64,000 bases of DNA. Origin: Spizellomyces punctatus DAOM BR117 (lineage: Eukaryota). The stretch lies in the NCBI GenBank assembly GCA_000182565.2, contig KQ257461.1; one strand, 5' to 3'. Below, one piece after another: positions 25,435-37,800 of this stretch (positions are counted from its first letter, which is position 1; the number at the start of each line of letters is the position of its first letter). The notes beneath the pieces were generated by a model. It had not been told where the DNA came from. It made no database searches and was given only the letters and a program-made list of their open reading frames with translations. The translations under genes and the position numbers were made by a program.

Positions 25435-25890
25435 TTCCGCAATGTCCCAGTTGAAATAAAGGAGTAACTGCTCGAAGAAGGGGGATAGGAAAGGAGATTG
25501 CTACGCGGGAAAGGCGGCGGCGCGTTCAAACACGGCTTATGGAGGGAAGGCCAGTTCCGTTGGATGCTTCCTCTTGCGATATGCCTTCCGATATAAACAA
25601 GGGAAGAACAAAAGGCCCTTCAGGGTAAAAAACAAAAAAAAAAGATAAACGACGACGAGACGAACGAAACGACGACAAAAACTAGCCAAGAATGTCAAAG
25701 TTAAAAAAGCCTCCGCAGCAGAAGCGAATGATTTTCTCGCGAAAAATCTCCTCGCGTGGCAGTCTTTGCTGCAAAAGCAACCCGCAAGCCTTCCTTCTTG
25801 TTGGCATGGCAATAGTGGCACAGTTGAACACGCTAGGTAAGCGACCTTTTATGTGAGATATCCAACCAGATGCGTATCTCGTTTTCGTCC

Positions 25891-28800
25891 ATGGAAGAGC
25901 TACAGCTTGAAGATGATGGACGACGGGAGGCGTCGGCATCAACTTTTATGTCATCGAGATCATCCGTGGTCAATTATGCATGGAAAGCAAAAGATAGTGT
26001 TTCTGAACTTGGGCCAGATTCTCCCTGCCATTCAGCTTTAGCGTTGCGAGCAGATTTTATGCCACCAGAGCACGATCCTGCCTATCTCAAAGCAGAAGAA
26101 GATATTAGGAATGCTTACAGAGAACTCAACAATGTAATTGGAGATCATCCGCCACCTGCACCACCTGAACCACCGACAGGGTTTCCTTCAACAGGCGCTG
26201 AGGGCACATTCGTCAAGAAACGGGTGAAAAAGAAGCGTCTCTCAGCAAGTGCACTGGCCCAAAGGAAGAAGGTGAAGCAAGCAGCCCGTTATGAATCCGC
26301 ATTACCAAGTAATCGTTTACATACACGACCGCAAAGCGCTGGTCGTCGACCAGAAACGCCTGGGCTGCCGGGGTTGACAGGGCTGCAGTATGATTTACAA
26401 GCCGTTACCAGGGTCCTTGCTCAGCATATACATCCAGAACAAGAGCCTGCAGTTTATGACAACACACAGATATATACGCCACTATTGGAATCTCCGGATT
26501 TGAGAAGATCATGGAGATCTTCGTCCACCCTCCCGCTATCGAGACCAACATCAGCACGCGTAGGAGCACCCAAAAGTACGGCCACCACCAGACCTCAGTC
26601 GGCAAGGACTTCAGGCCAAACATCTGGCAAGCCCACTCGACCGAGTACTGCCAGATCAAATCGGACGGGATCTGCAATCCGTCTCCACAATGGCCCAAGG
26701 CGGCTTTCTGCAGGAAACGCGCTTCAGCGACGACTAGAGACTGAATTAATGGCACTTGCTCCTAACGCCGAACCCAGCCCCTTCACCGGGGGCCTTGTCA
26801 CGAGTGCAATGCCAGACTGGGTGAGGGCCTCCACACCTCCGCCTCCCAACGAAACATTTATAGAAGCTTTCCGAGATCCGTACAGGGAGGTTGATGACCA
26901 CCTGGCGTCCAAAATGCTTCTCGAATGGTTTGATGATCCCGAGTTCGAGGTGAGACCTCTTGCTACAACCGTCAACGAAAGGGCCGTACATAACTTAGTG
27001 CATATAAAAGACGCATACAACAGAGGAATGGTTAGCTATGGGTAGACAAAGCGGCCACAAGGGAACGCCAGCTTTCAGTCGCTATTTTAGACACACGGAT
27101 ACCGAAACCGAATGGGATTGGCTTGAATGCCTGGTCCTCGACTATGATCGGGAAACACAACGCTACCTTATCGAATGGCTGCCATCAGGCCCGCAAAAGT
27201 TTGTCAAACGCCTCAATCTTGTCTTTAAAGAAGAGAATCGCGAATTATTTTACAAGCGAATCGAGAGTGCCATCAGGGCACGATCCCTGGCAGCAGAGGA
27301 AGCAGCGTACCTCGAATCCATTGATAGAGAGGATAACAGCGTGGTTTGTCCTCTTCCACGTTCCTTCAAACGGTCTATTCTCAAAAGGCTCGGCTGCTCA
27401 ATCAGCTCGAACCAATTGAAAATGGTGGATGCAACTATGGAGCAAGTTGAACGGGATTTCTTGTTCAGCATGAAACGCGCTACTAGGGAATTCTCCCACG
27501 GGCCTTTTGCGCATGTACTCCAGCAATCAACAGCAAGATCGGAGCGCTTTGCCGAGCTTGCCATGATGCGGTCGGGGACAAGCGCAGATGACCCCCAAGG
27601 ACACATTTTTGCACAGGTCGCGATTGCCACTCGGGATCTGTCCACGTACATGTTCAGCGCCAATGCCAATGTACAGAAAACTATAGTGGAGATTCTGGCT
27701 GCTTTGCGAGAGGTCCTACCAGTGAATGAATCATTTTATCGAAAAGACTTTGGATTTCCGTCTTTATTTGCAACCTTTTGTGAACGTGCCGAGACTCATG
27801 TTGACCTTGTCGTCGCTCGTCTTACCAACGAGTGGACAAGAAAGATTTGTAATGTCATGGAGGCCATGTTGGGCGATTTCTTCAATTTTAGAGAAACAAA
27901 TGAAGCCGTGTACAATTCCAGTCGTCTCAAGAATTTTTTGCGACTCGTAAATACCATTATGGAATCACAACTGAGGAGTCTGTTACTGGACAGTTTCAAG
28001 ACGTTTTTATCTCTTTTTAATGTGAATGTCACATATCGGAATGCTTCAGAAGAAGAAAAACGTAAATACACCATCAAGTCGCCATTTAATACCCCTGGTA
28101 TTCCGATACCTCTGTTATTCATTCTCAATGTCACGGCACACACGGGAGATGGCACCCTTGTACCTCCTTCGCGGCAGGTGGATGGGTTTGCAGTCGGACG
28201 CCAGGCGGGCGTCGTGTTGGATCACTCTTTGTCCGTGGTGGAAGAAGCACTCAAAGCGGTTTATTTGATGCCCGCGACAAAAACCATCAAAGCAATTCCT
28301 CATATCGAGGTGGTTGCGATGTACGCTTTGTACTCTGACGTCTCTACAAACTGGCTACACACATCTTTACGGAACGAACTCATCATAGATGATGGGATGG
28401 CGTTGATGATGGAAATCTTGCAACAAGCTTATGCAGAAATCGATAAAGTCGTTGCAGGCTACAAAGAATACGAATTCCTGCTACAAGAAACACTAGATGA
28501 AGGAGTTTGGGACGAACTGACAATTGATCTAAACGACTTGGAGGATTACCTCCAACGATTCTACAATGCGTCCAAAAAGATTGACAGCATTTCACCCGCA
28601 CAGATCGAGATACCCCCGTTCCTCCTCAACTGTACGATGATCAAGAAACTCTACCAACATTGTACTCAGACGGTTCTGGAGAACCTCAAACAACGCATTT
28701 TGACGCGTTTGGTAGAGAGTTGCAGTTTTTTGGCAACGGCCTATAGTGATCTATATGGACAAGTCTTGAATGATCCGGGACAAGATGCTATCCAATGGCA

Positions 28801-31800
28801 AATGCTCAAGACAGCAGTTGACACGTGCATGGAGCAGATTGGGCACTACGATGAGCAGGTTGGTGCCACGTCCTGGAATTCGATTGATCATGCATAGTGA
28901 TTCAACTGGTCTCTCCACAGTTGGACGAATTGAAAGCGATATGGCAACTGATGTACGATTACGAAATGCCGTTGGATGAGGAGATTAACGATCTGTACTG
29001 GACAACATGTGCATGGCCAGTCAAAGTGGCTGATGAACTGGACCGGGCTTCGGAACGGTTGACCAATGCTCGAGCACGGATTATGAGCCAGGTAACAAAG
29101 TTAAAGCTGACATCCATTTCTCTTTCTCAATTCTCATGTGTGCGTAGATCGAGATTGACAAGGAGTTTGTCATTAACTCTGTTCAAGCTTACCGAGAAGA
29201 AGTCCAAACGTACCTTGCATCCGCGGATAATATTGAGCGGTACAGCGATATGGTCAATCGCGTTCACTACCTTCGCGAACGCATTGACCGGGTGAAATCT
29301 CTGGGAGAGGCTATTCCATTGCAAGAACAACGAATTGGACTACCAGTGACCTCCCTTATCGAACTTAAGACGTTAGAGAATGACTTCCAGCCATACGAGG
29401 AACTATGGAAGCTAGTGGGTGGTGTTCGGGACCGTTTGGCAGAGTGGCTGGACTCGTATTTTGCGGATTTGGATGCACAGACGATGTTGGAGAATGTCGG
29501 AAGTTGGAAGAGTACTTTGAAAAAACTGTCTCCTGTTTTCCTGGATGCACCAAAACCCCAGAGTATTACCATGAGCATTGAAGCCGAAATCCTGGATTTC
29601 GATCGGTATATTACTATTATTACATCGCTGCGTAACCCGGCCCTACGTGACAAGCACTGGATGGAAATGTCCAAAATTGTTGGTATTACGCTGCGGGATA
29701 TAGCGGGGTTGAAACTCCGGCAAGTGCTAGAGCTTGACTTGGAATTGGTCCAGGATATATTAGCAGAGATTAGCAGGGAAGCCAGTTCTGAGTGGGAATT
29801 TGAGCATGAGCTGGATGTGATGCGCACAGAGCTGTCTTCCCGGAAATTTGTCGCTGTCCAGTATGTTACGCCAGAGTATTACCTTATCGAGAATTTTGGG
29901 GAGGCCATGTCGGTTTTTGAAGACCTTTTGATACGCTCAGAAAGCCTGGCGCGAAGAGCGTACGTTGAAGTCCTCCGCACGAAAATCGACGGATGGATGA
30001 AACGACTCTGCAAATGCCAAGAAACCCTCCAAGAATGGCAGAACTTGCAAATGATCTTTGCAAAGCTGTACCCGGTTCTTCGCCTCTCTGGTGAAATATC
30101 GGCTCTCACTCGTGACCAAATAGAAAACTTTATTGCCATCACAAAACTGATGAGCATTCTTTCGGATGTGGTCACCAAGAACAGGAAATTCAGCACGGTT
30201 CTTCTTCGGAGTGATCTACATGATATGATTGCCGGTGGACTGGCAAGAGTGGACATTGTCATGAAGGGCATCATAAAACTCATTGAAGCAAAACGGGAAA
30301 AGTTCCCGCGGTTTTGGTTTTTGACCAACGATCAGGTGTTGGAGATGGTGTCCTGTTTACCGGATGTCCGAGCTTTGAATCCCCTTTTGGGCAGGTGTTT
30401 TGATGGAATATCGCAGTTGGTGTTGGGCCAAGTTGAAAGAGAGGCTGCATCTCTATATCCTACCGTAATTGAATTTGATAGTGGAATTCCTGAAGATGTT
30501 GCTGGTGGTTCAGACCATGATATTGCGGTTGATCGGTCAAGGGAGGCTAGTTACCTATCAGCTGGTGCAGGACCAGAAATCAAAATAGGGGAGACGCTGA
30601 CCTCCATTCCGAGTTTTTACACGAAGTTATCCTCATCCTTCTCCATTGGGTCACGGAGACGAACGATGCAGCGTGTACAAGAACCCGAAGTTCACGTCCC
30701 AAGAAACCTCAAGTATGTTTTGAGCGAGTCGATGGGTATCGAGATTCTGGGTGTTGAGAGCTTTGAAGGGGAGCAGTTGATGCTTCGGACACCAATTTCA
30801 GTGACGACTAAAGTCGAGGACTGGTTAGCAGAGCTGCAAGATGGTTTACGGGACAACCTCCGCAAACAGATTGCATTGGCGTTGGACAATTCGTCCGAAA
30901 CAATTCCTCTTGCCTCATGGCTTCAGTCATACCCGCTCCAAGTAATCCTGGTCGCCGCCAACATCAAATGGAGCACATATCTCAAAACATGTATATCCCA
31001 AGGAACGGATTCTGCTATCAAAGAATTTCGCAAGAGCTTGTGCAAGGAGCTCGATGACATTATTGGACTGTTGAAGCATAATACACCGCCTCTTACTCGC
31101 CAAGTAATCGAAACCCTCATCCTTGCCCTGTCTTACGTGATTGAAACGACAAATGGAGATTTACCCAACCTCACTGCACCGGACTGGATCAGTCGTCTCC
31201 GATATGAGATGAGCGAGGATGGGATTGTGAACGTCCACATGATGCATCATACAGTCAAATACGGGTACGAGTACAATGGAACATCGCCGAGGCTGGTTAT
31301 CACACCGGGTATCAACCGATCCATGGCACAGATCATGACCTTGCTTCGGTACGCTGCTAGTCCTGTGCTCACGGGTTCGGGTCTACAACGTGAGACTCTA
31401 TGCGAGTTGTCAAAGGCCGTCGGTGTACGATGCGTTTTGGTAGAGTGCGCAGCAGAATGGGTTCCTGGTATTCTCTCCCGGATTATATCGGGGATGCTGA
31501 GTACGGGGTGCTGGCTCTGTTTGGAACATCTTGATCGACTTGCTGAGGAGGATCTGTCAGTAACTGCGCACCATATCGGAACGGTGTATCGAAACTTTGG
31601 TATGGCTTCCAAAGCACGGCGCTTCAAGTTTGCCTATGATGGAAGAGAGTTTGATGTACATGATACTACAGCTGTTTTTGTCACATATGGGGGTCAAAAG
31701 CCCTANNNNNNNNNNNNNNNNNNNNNNNNNNNNNNNNNNNNNNNNNNNNNNNNNNNNNNNNNNNNNNNNNNNNNNNNNNNNNNNNNNNNNNNNNNNNNNN

Positions 31801-34800
31801 NNNNNCCCGACCTGTGGCGGATAGGGATGCCCGACATGAAAGTGTTTGTTGAGACGGGCTGATTGCGCGTGGATTCCAGCGTGCTTCTATCCTTGCCAAG
31901 AAGATAGTTGCCGTTTTTAAGAGTCTTGGAGGGATATTCCCCACCTCCAATGAGTATGATTTTTCGGTTAAGAAAGCGGCGGCTGTTGTGCACGCTGCCG
32001 GGACGCTTCTGGTGAGAAAGGGGTACGAGGTTGCGAAGGAGGTTTCGACTATTGTGGAGGCGCTGAATATGGTCGTGGGACCACAATTGCGAAAGAGGGA
32101 TACGTCGCTTCTACAGGATGTCGTTCGGGAAGTCTTTGGCGAAGATCCGAAAGGCATATCCATGATAAGGATAGAGCAAGCTGTCCAGAAAGCAGGATTG
32201 GAGCTCGGAATACCCATATCAGACTACCTCCTCCAAAAATCTATCCAGTTATACGAATCTCTCACACATTTCCAAACTATTTTCATTGTCGGCGATGCTA
32301 TGTCTGGCAAATCGACGCTGATCCACCTTCTCCACCATGCCTTGGATTCGTTGGACAAGGACTCTATCGTAAAGTCATTACAAGTCTATGACTGTCATGC
32401 TGGAGCCATGGACGAAAAACAATTGGGCGGATACTATGATGAAGCCACCAGTCAGTTCATTCAAGGCGTGCTCCCCACCATTGTATCCAAGGCCAACGAG
32501 CATGCAATGACGGTGGAAAGAAACCAGGAAGAGGACGACAGATCTGAAAATCTTGTCGGATCATCGTGGATTGTAATGGACGGTGACGTACCCGCCCATG
32601 CAATGGAACGAGTGGGTGAGCTAGAGAGAGATAAAACCGTTTTCTCATCCATATCAACCGCAATGCATCTCGGCAAGTCTGTCAGAATTCTACATGAAGC
32701 AACGTCTCTTAAACACGTATCGCCCGGAATCGTCTCCCAAAGCGCCATCATACACATGAACGGGGATCAAATCTCGATGGACCATATTCTCCAAACTGAG
32801 CTCAAAGATCTCCGACCACATCTAGAGACCCACTACAGTTTTATTCAAGCCATGCAGCGTCACATTGGAAACGCCATACTGGATTTCATATCCTCTACAA
32901 CCACGCTCTTGGCCTCCAAGCGGATTCTGGTCGCCCAGGCTTGGCGTATATTTGCTTCAGTCTTTGATGAGTTGACCGTGGACGGTTTTGGGCGGTTCAC
33001 GGTGTCGGAAAAGCTTGCATGGATCGTAGCAAGCTATATTACGGGAATATTGTGGTCTGTTGGGTGTTTTCCGGATATGAAGACGAGACGAAAATTGGAT
33101 GCGTTTATCAAGACGCAGGTACTGACGACGGCTCTTACCGAGCTGCGCGAAGAGGCTAAATTAGACGACGGGTGCTTCAAGGTCGTGGTGGAGGTTCCTA
33201 CAGATGGGACCGTGTACGATTATTACTTTGATGCACGGCTCTTGCGCTGGAAGCCTTGGAAAACACTCCCCAATGAGCAGGATCTTGCTGTGACTGTACC
33301 GCCCGGTCTGGAAGGGGCAGTCGCAACGGACGACATTATCCGAGTTTCCTATTTCATGCGACTATTGACCAATCGAGGACATCGGGTGATGGTGGTTGGT
33401 GCGCCGGGAACAGGAAAATCTACTGCTGTGCGATGCGGGTTGAATGAGGAGAACTTGGAAGGATATAATGGTGTACCAGTCTTGGTATCCCTGGTGAGTG
33501 AAACGCGAGCTAAGGATCTGAAAGCACAGTTGGAGAAGAGGTTGATACAGAAACGCCGGGGAACGATCGGATGCGTGGCTGGGAAGAGGCTATATGCATT
33601 TATAGACGATGTTGGGTATGAGAATGACGGTGCTGATTCTGTGTTGGAGTTCTGGAGGACGTGGATGGAGCGGGGAGGTTGGTATGGTGGCCAGAATGGG
33701 ACAGACTGGGTGACAGTTGAAGGGCTGTCGATCGTTTCTGCCATGAACTTAAATCCAGGGACAAGCACAAGGATTTCCCCGCGATATCTTCGTCACTTTG
33801 TTCCTATTGCCGTTCACGACGATTTTTGCGCCAAGTTAGAAGAAATGACCGGCAATCTTTTAACGGATTCATTGGTGAACATTATGGGTCCCGCGCAGGA
33901 TGGATTCCATGTATCACTCCTAAAGGCGACCCAGGAACTCTTTACAACCGTTCAAACCCTCTTTCTCCCCACCCCCGTTACACCGCAATACAGATTCAAC
34001 CTTCGGGACGCTTTGAGCGTCCTGCGCGCTGTGGCAAATCAAGCAGAGACAGAAACTCTGACTACTGCTATCGTGCATATGTGGGGACATGCGTGCCATC
34101 GGGTGATGCGTGATCGCTTAGTGGAAGAGGATGCAAAAAAGCGTTTCGACGGCGCATTTAAAGAGGGTATTGAGAAATGGTTTGATGGCATCGCCTATCG
34201 CGATGTGTTTGCAGAGGATGATCCAACGATTTATATGCCGAGTCATACGGGGTGGAGGGGAACGTTAACGCAGCTGAGAAAGTCCTGGAAACCCATTGAG
34301 AGCATCTACGAGTTTAGTCAGCGACTCTGTTTTGATTTGCCAAGTTTGGGGGATACCAGTCCAGAAGACGTTCGCTCCATCATGCATGTTGATGGTGTCG
34401 GAACCGCGCTACGGATCTGTCATGGGTTACGTGAGGGACATGTCGTCCTCTGTGGGTATCATCATGGGGACCGGTTCCTGCTGACCCAACTTGCAGCTTG
34501 GATGGCGGGGATGGTGGCGATTGAGCACCGGTATCCAATGCAAATAAACGAAACGCTGGCATCCGTCTTCAAAACTGCAATTCAACAAGACCAGTCTATT
34601 GTACTCTATCTAGAATGGAATGAAACTATTGCAACGTCATCTGAACTCTGCTCGGTCCTGAAATGGGGATATTCGGACCACATCTTCGAAACCGTTCTTA
34701 AAGGAAATATACTGGAAGGTTTTAAGGAGCGGTTAAAACGTGGACGTGACTCGGCACCAGTGACAGACGACACTGTTTACCATCGCTTTGTCTCTTACAT

Positions 34801-37800
34801 CTGCTCCAAAATCCACATTATCCTTTCCATTCCTCAAGATCACCCAAACAACGAAGGCACATTTGTACGTACGATGGTCAAGTACCCCATTCCCTTTGCC
34901 ATGAGTACTCTGCAATGGATCCCGCCTCACAGCAACGAAACCCTCCAATATAAATTCAAGCCCATTACACAACTCCCCATTGCAAAACACCACCTCGACC
35001 TGCTCCCAGGACTGTTTTCAAAAATCCACAATGAAGCTCCTGTACCAGTTTATTCCACACCCATCCTACACAACACATCCCTTTATACTGCCGTGCGTAT
35101 CTTTGTGAGGTTGTACACGGAAAAGCATGCGGTATGCATGGAAGAAGTCGACGGGGTGCAAACGACGTTGGAGAAATCCGCTTGGGGAATGAGTGTTGTG
35201 AAGGGATTGGAGGAGGGGCATCAAATGTGGAAAAAGACGTTCGAGGAGACCACGAGGCGGACAAGGGAGTATTTGAAGGATATGGAGGATGAGAGGGAAG
35301 GTAATCAAAATAACGTGAACTAATAATGCATTTTTCTCAAACATGCTGAAAACGTTTGTTTTATAGCGTTGGATAAGGCCAAGGCGGATATCAACAAGGA
35401 AACAGACGGACTGGATAAACTCGTCACAGAGTGGACGGACCTCAAAGCCGCTTATGGTCGACAAATTGAAAAAGTCTTGCCAGCCTTGTCGGCTGCCCAG
35501 AAAGCTGTGGAAGCTATATCCCGAAACGAGCTTTACGAGGTATCCAAAAAGGCTGCATTTAAATTCTACATTCAAACATTATTTTTGACCAATATTTTAT
35601 AGATTAAATCCATGATCAATCCCCCACGGCCCGTTCAAACCCTCTTTGAAGCCCTCTTGATTCTCTTTCGATTTGACCTCCGTCCCAATGAAACGCTGTG
35701 GGAGGCCTCCCGTCGCTTCCTTTCAGACCGATTCACATCCCATATAGCGGCATTCGACCCAGAAAGCGTCTCAACACCACACATGTTGCGAGTTGAAGAG
35801 TGCATATCGCAGCCAGAATTTCATATTGCAGATTTAAATCGGATTTCGAGAGCAGTGGGGATTTTGGCGGGGTGGGTTATTGCAGTGCAAAAGTATCATA
35901 CAATGATGGTATCGCTCGCTCCGCTAAAGAAGGAGGTGCAAGGCCTTGGGGTGCGAGTGGACGAAAAGAAGGCCTTCGTGGCAATGGCGACGGGACGTGT
36001 CAGTGATATGGAAACGCGATTGAGCACCATGCGATGCGAGTTTGATCGGCGGATACGCGAAAAGGAGGAAGTTTTGGCCAAGTTTCGGGAGGCGGAAGCG
36101 AGGCAAAAGGAATCAATGAGGATAAAGGAGGCGTTGGAATTTTGTAAGGGGGTTTGGGAAGGGGAGGTGAAGGGGTTGGCTGAGAAGCAAAGGGTGCTGC
36201 TTGGGGAGACGTTGTTGGCAGCCTGGATGATAGCATACTTGGGGGGCCACGACCTCCAAACCCGACAGTCACATCTCACACACTGGAAAAGCCACCTCCA
36301 ATTATCAAATATCCCAATTACGACCTTTTCGCTTTCAAGTTACCTTTCCGACGGGCGTATACACGAAATGTGTCTTACCGCGCGTGCATATCTGGATGAG
36401 AGTACTTTCGATGCATTGTTTATCAGCAAGTACACGGAAGCATTTCCATTGTTGTTTGATCCGCTGGATCGTGTATGGCCTCCCTTGCAAATGGTGGAAA
36501 GAACCGTTGATGTCGTGCGGGACGGAAAGCAGCTGGTACGCGCAATGCGAAAAGGGATGTCTGTTATTGTTGAAGACGGCCCTGATATCGAACGAGTGGT
36601 TTGGGATGGGTTTGGAAGATTCGGAATGGGCTTTGAGACGGTTGTCCAAGGGGAAAAGGTGATCGTTGATCCCGGGTTTCGAATGTACGTGTTGATGCAT
36701 CGGAACATGGGCATCGACGCGGAGTGGCAAAAGTATTTGGCGCATATTGACGTGTCGGTTTGCACGGATGGAATATACGCGCAACTCTTGGACGCTATCC
36801 TCCAAAAAGAGGATCCACGCTTGTTTGACAAGAGAAATGAGCTCAATACAGAGTTCCTGGCGAATAAGCACAAATTATCGACCCTATCCAAGCGAGGCCG
36901 TGAGTTTTTGGTCCAGTTTTCGGAAGCAGACATTTGGGGAGGGAACTTGTACGCTTCCTTAGTGGGTGTTCACGAGCAAAGTATGGCAATCCTGCAAACA
37001 GGCAAATCGCTCCGCCAGCTGGAACGGGATCTACGAACGCACTTAGAATGGTATGAGAGTATAGCGCGGTTTGGTGCCACTTTATGTCATGTCGTCATCA
37101 AGATGGGACGAGTCAAGCCGTGGTGGTTGATGCGTATGGAAACGATTATTGAGTCCTGTGTGAGGGGGTTGGGATCCATACCAGAGGGGAATGCAATGCG
37201 ACTTGCCGAAGCGAAACGCGCGTGTGTGGGTGAAATGCTGCGGTTGGTGAAAGGGCTTGAGAGAGGGGAGAGGGTACTGGTAGGGTTTTTGATGGCCGTG
37301 AGCACAGAGGGTATACACCTCCCGGATGCTTATCGGTACTTTATAATCAACAACCGTGCTCCGCCGACACATAAATCTCACGAGGAGATACCCAATCCGT
37401 CACCGATCTGGCTCGCACCCCAAAAATGGAACCAAATCCAGTCATTGTCGAAACTTCCTCCTTTTGATGCCGAAAAGTTTAGTTTGGATTTTGTTCGGTT
37501 TGCGAATTTGGCAACTACACCAGAATTTGAGTCAAGCTGGGAGGCAGTATATAGAGCACATGAGCCGTGGACGGCGAAATTTCCGCACAAGTGGGCGAAA
37601 TTGGGGATCGTGGAGCGGTTGCTGGTGCTAAAGTGTTTGAGACCAGATGCAGTGTGGAAGGTCATGGAGGAAATTGTTGGGCGAGTGTTTGGAGATGTGG
37701 TGGATGTTGAGCCTGGTGTTGTTGCAGAGGTTGTCGAAGCGTCTATTGCCTATAGGCCGATACTCTATGTGAACGTAGGTTGCGAGGAGGATCCCATGGC

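Noticed and set aside
31860-31862. In-frame TGA in the dynein ORF as possible selenocysteine or readthrough
   Set aside because: Homology continues in another frame, so the stop is explained by an indel near the contig end.
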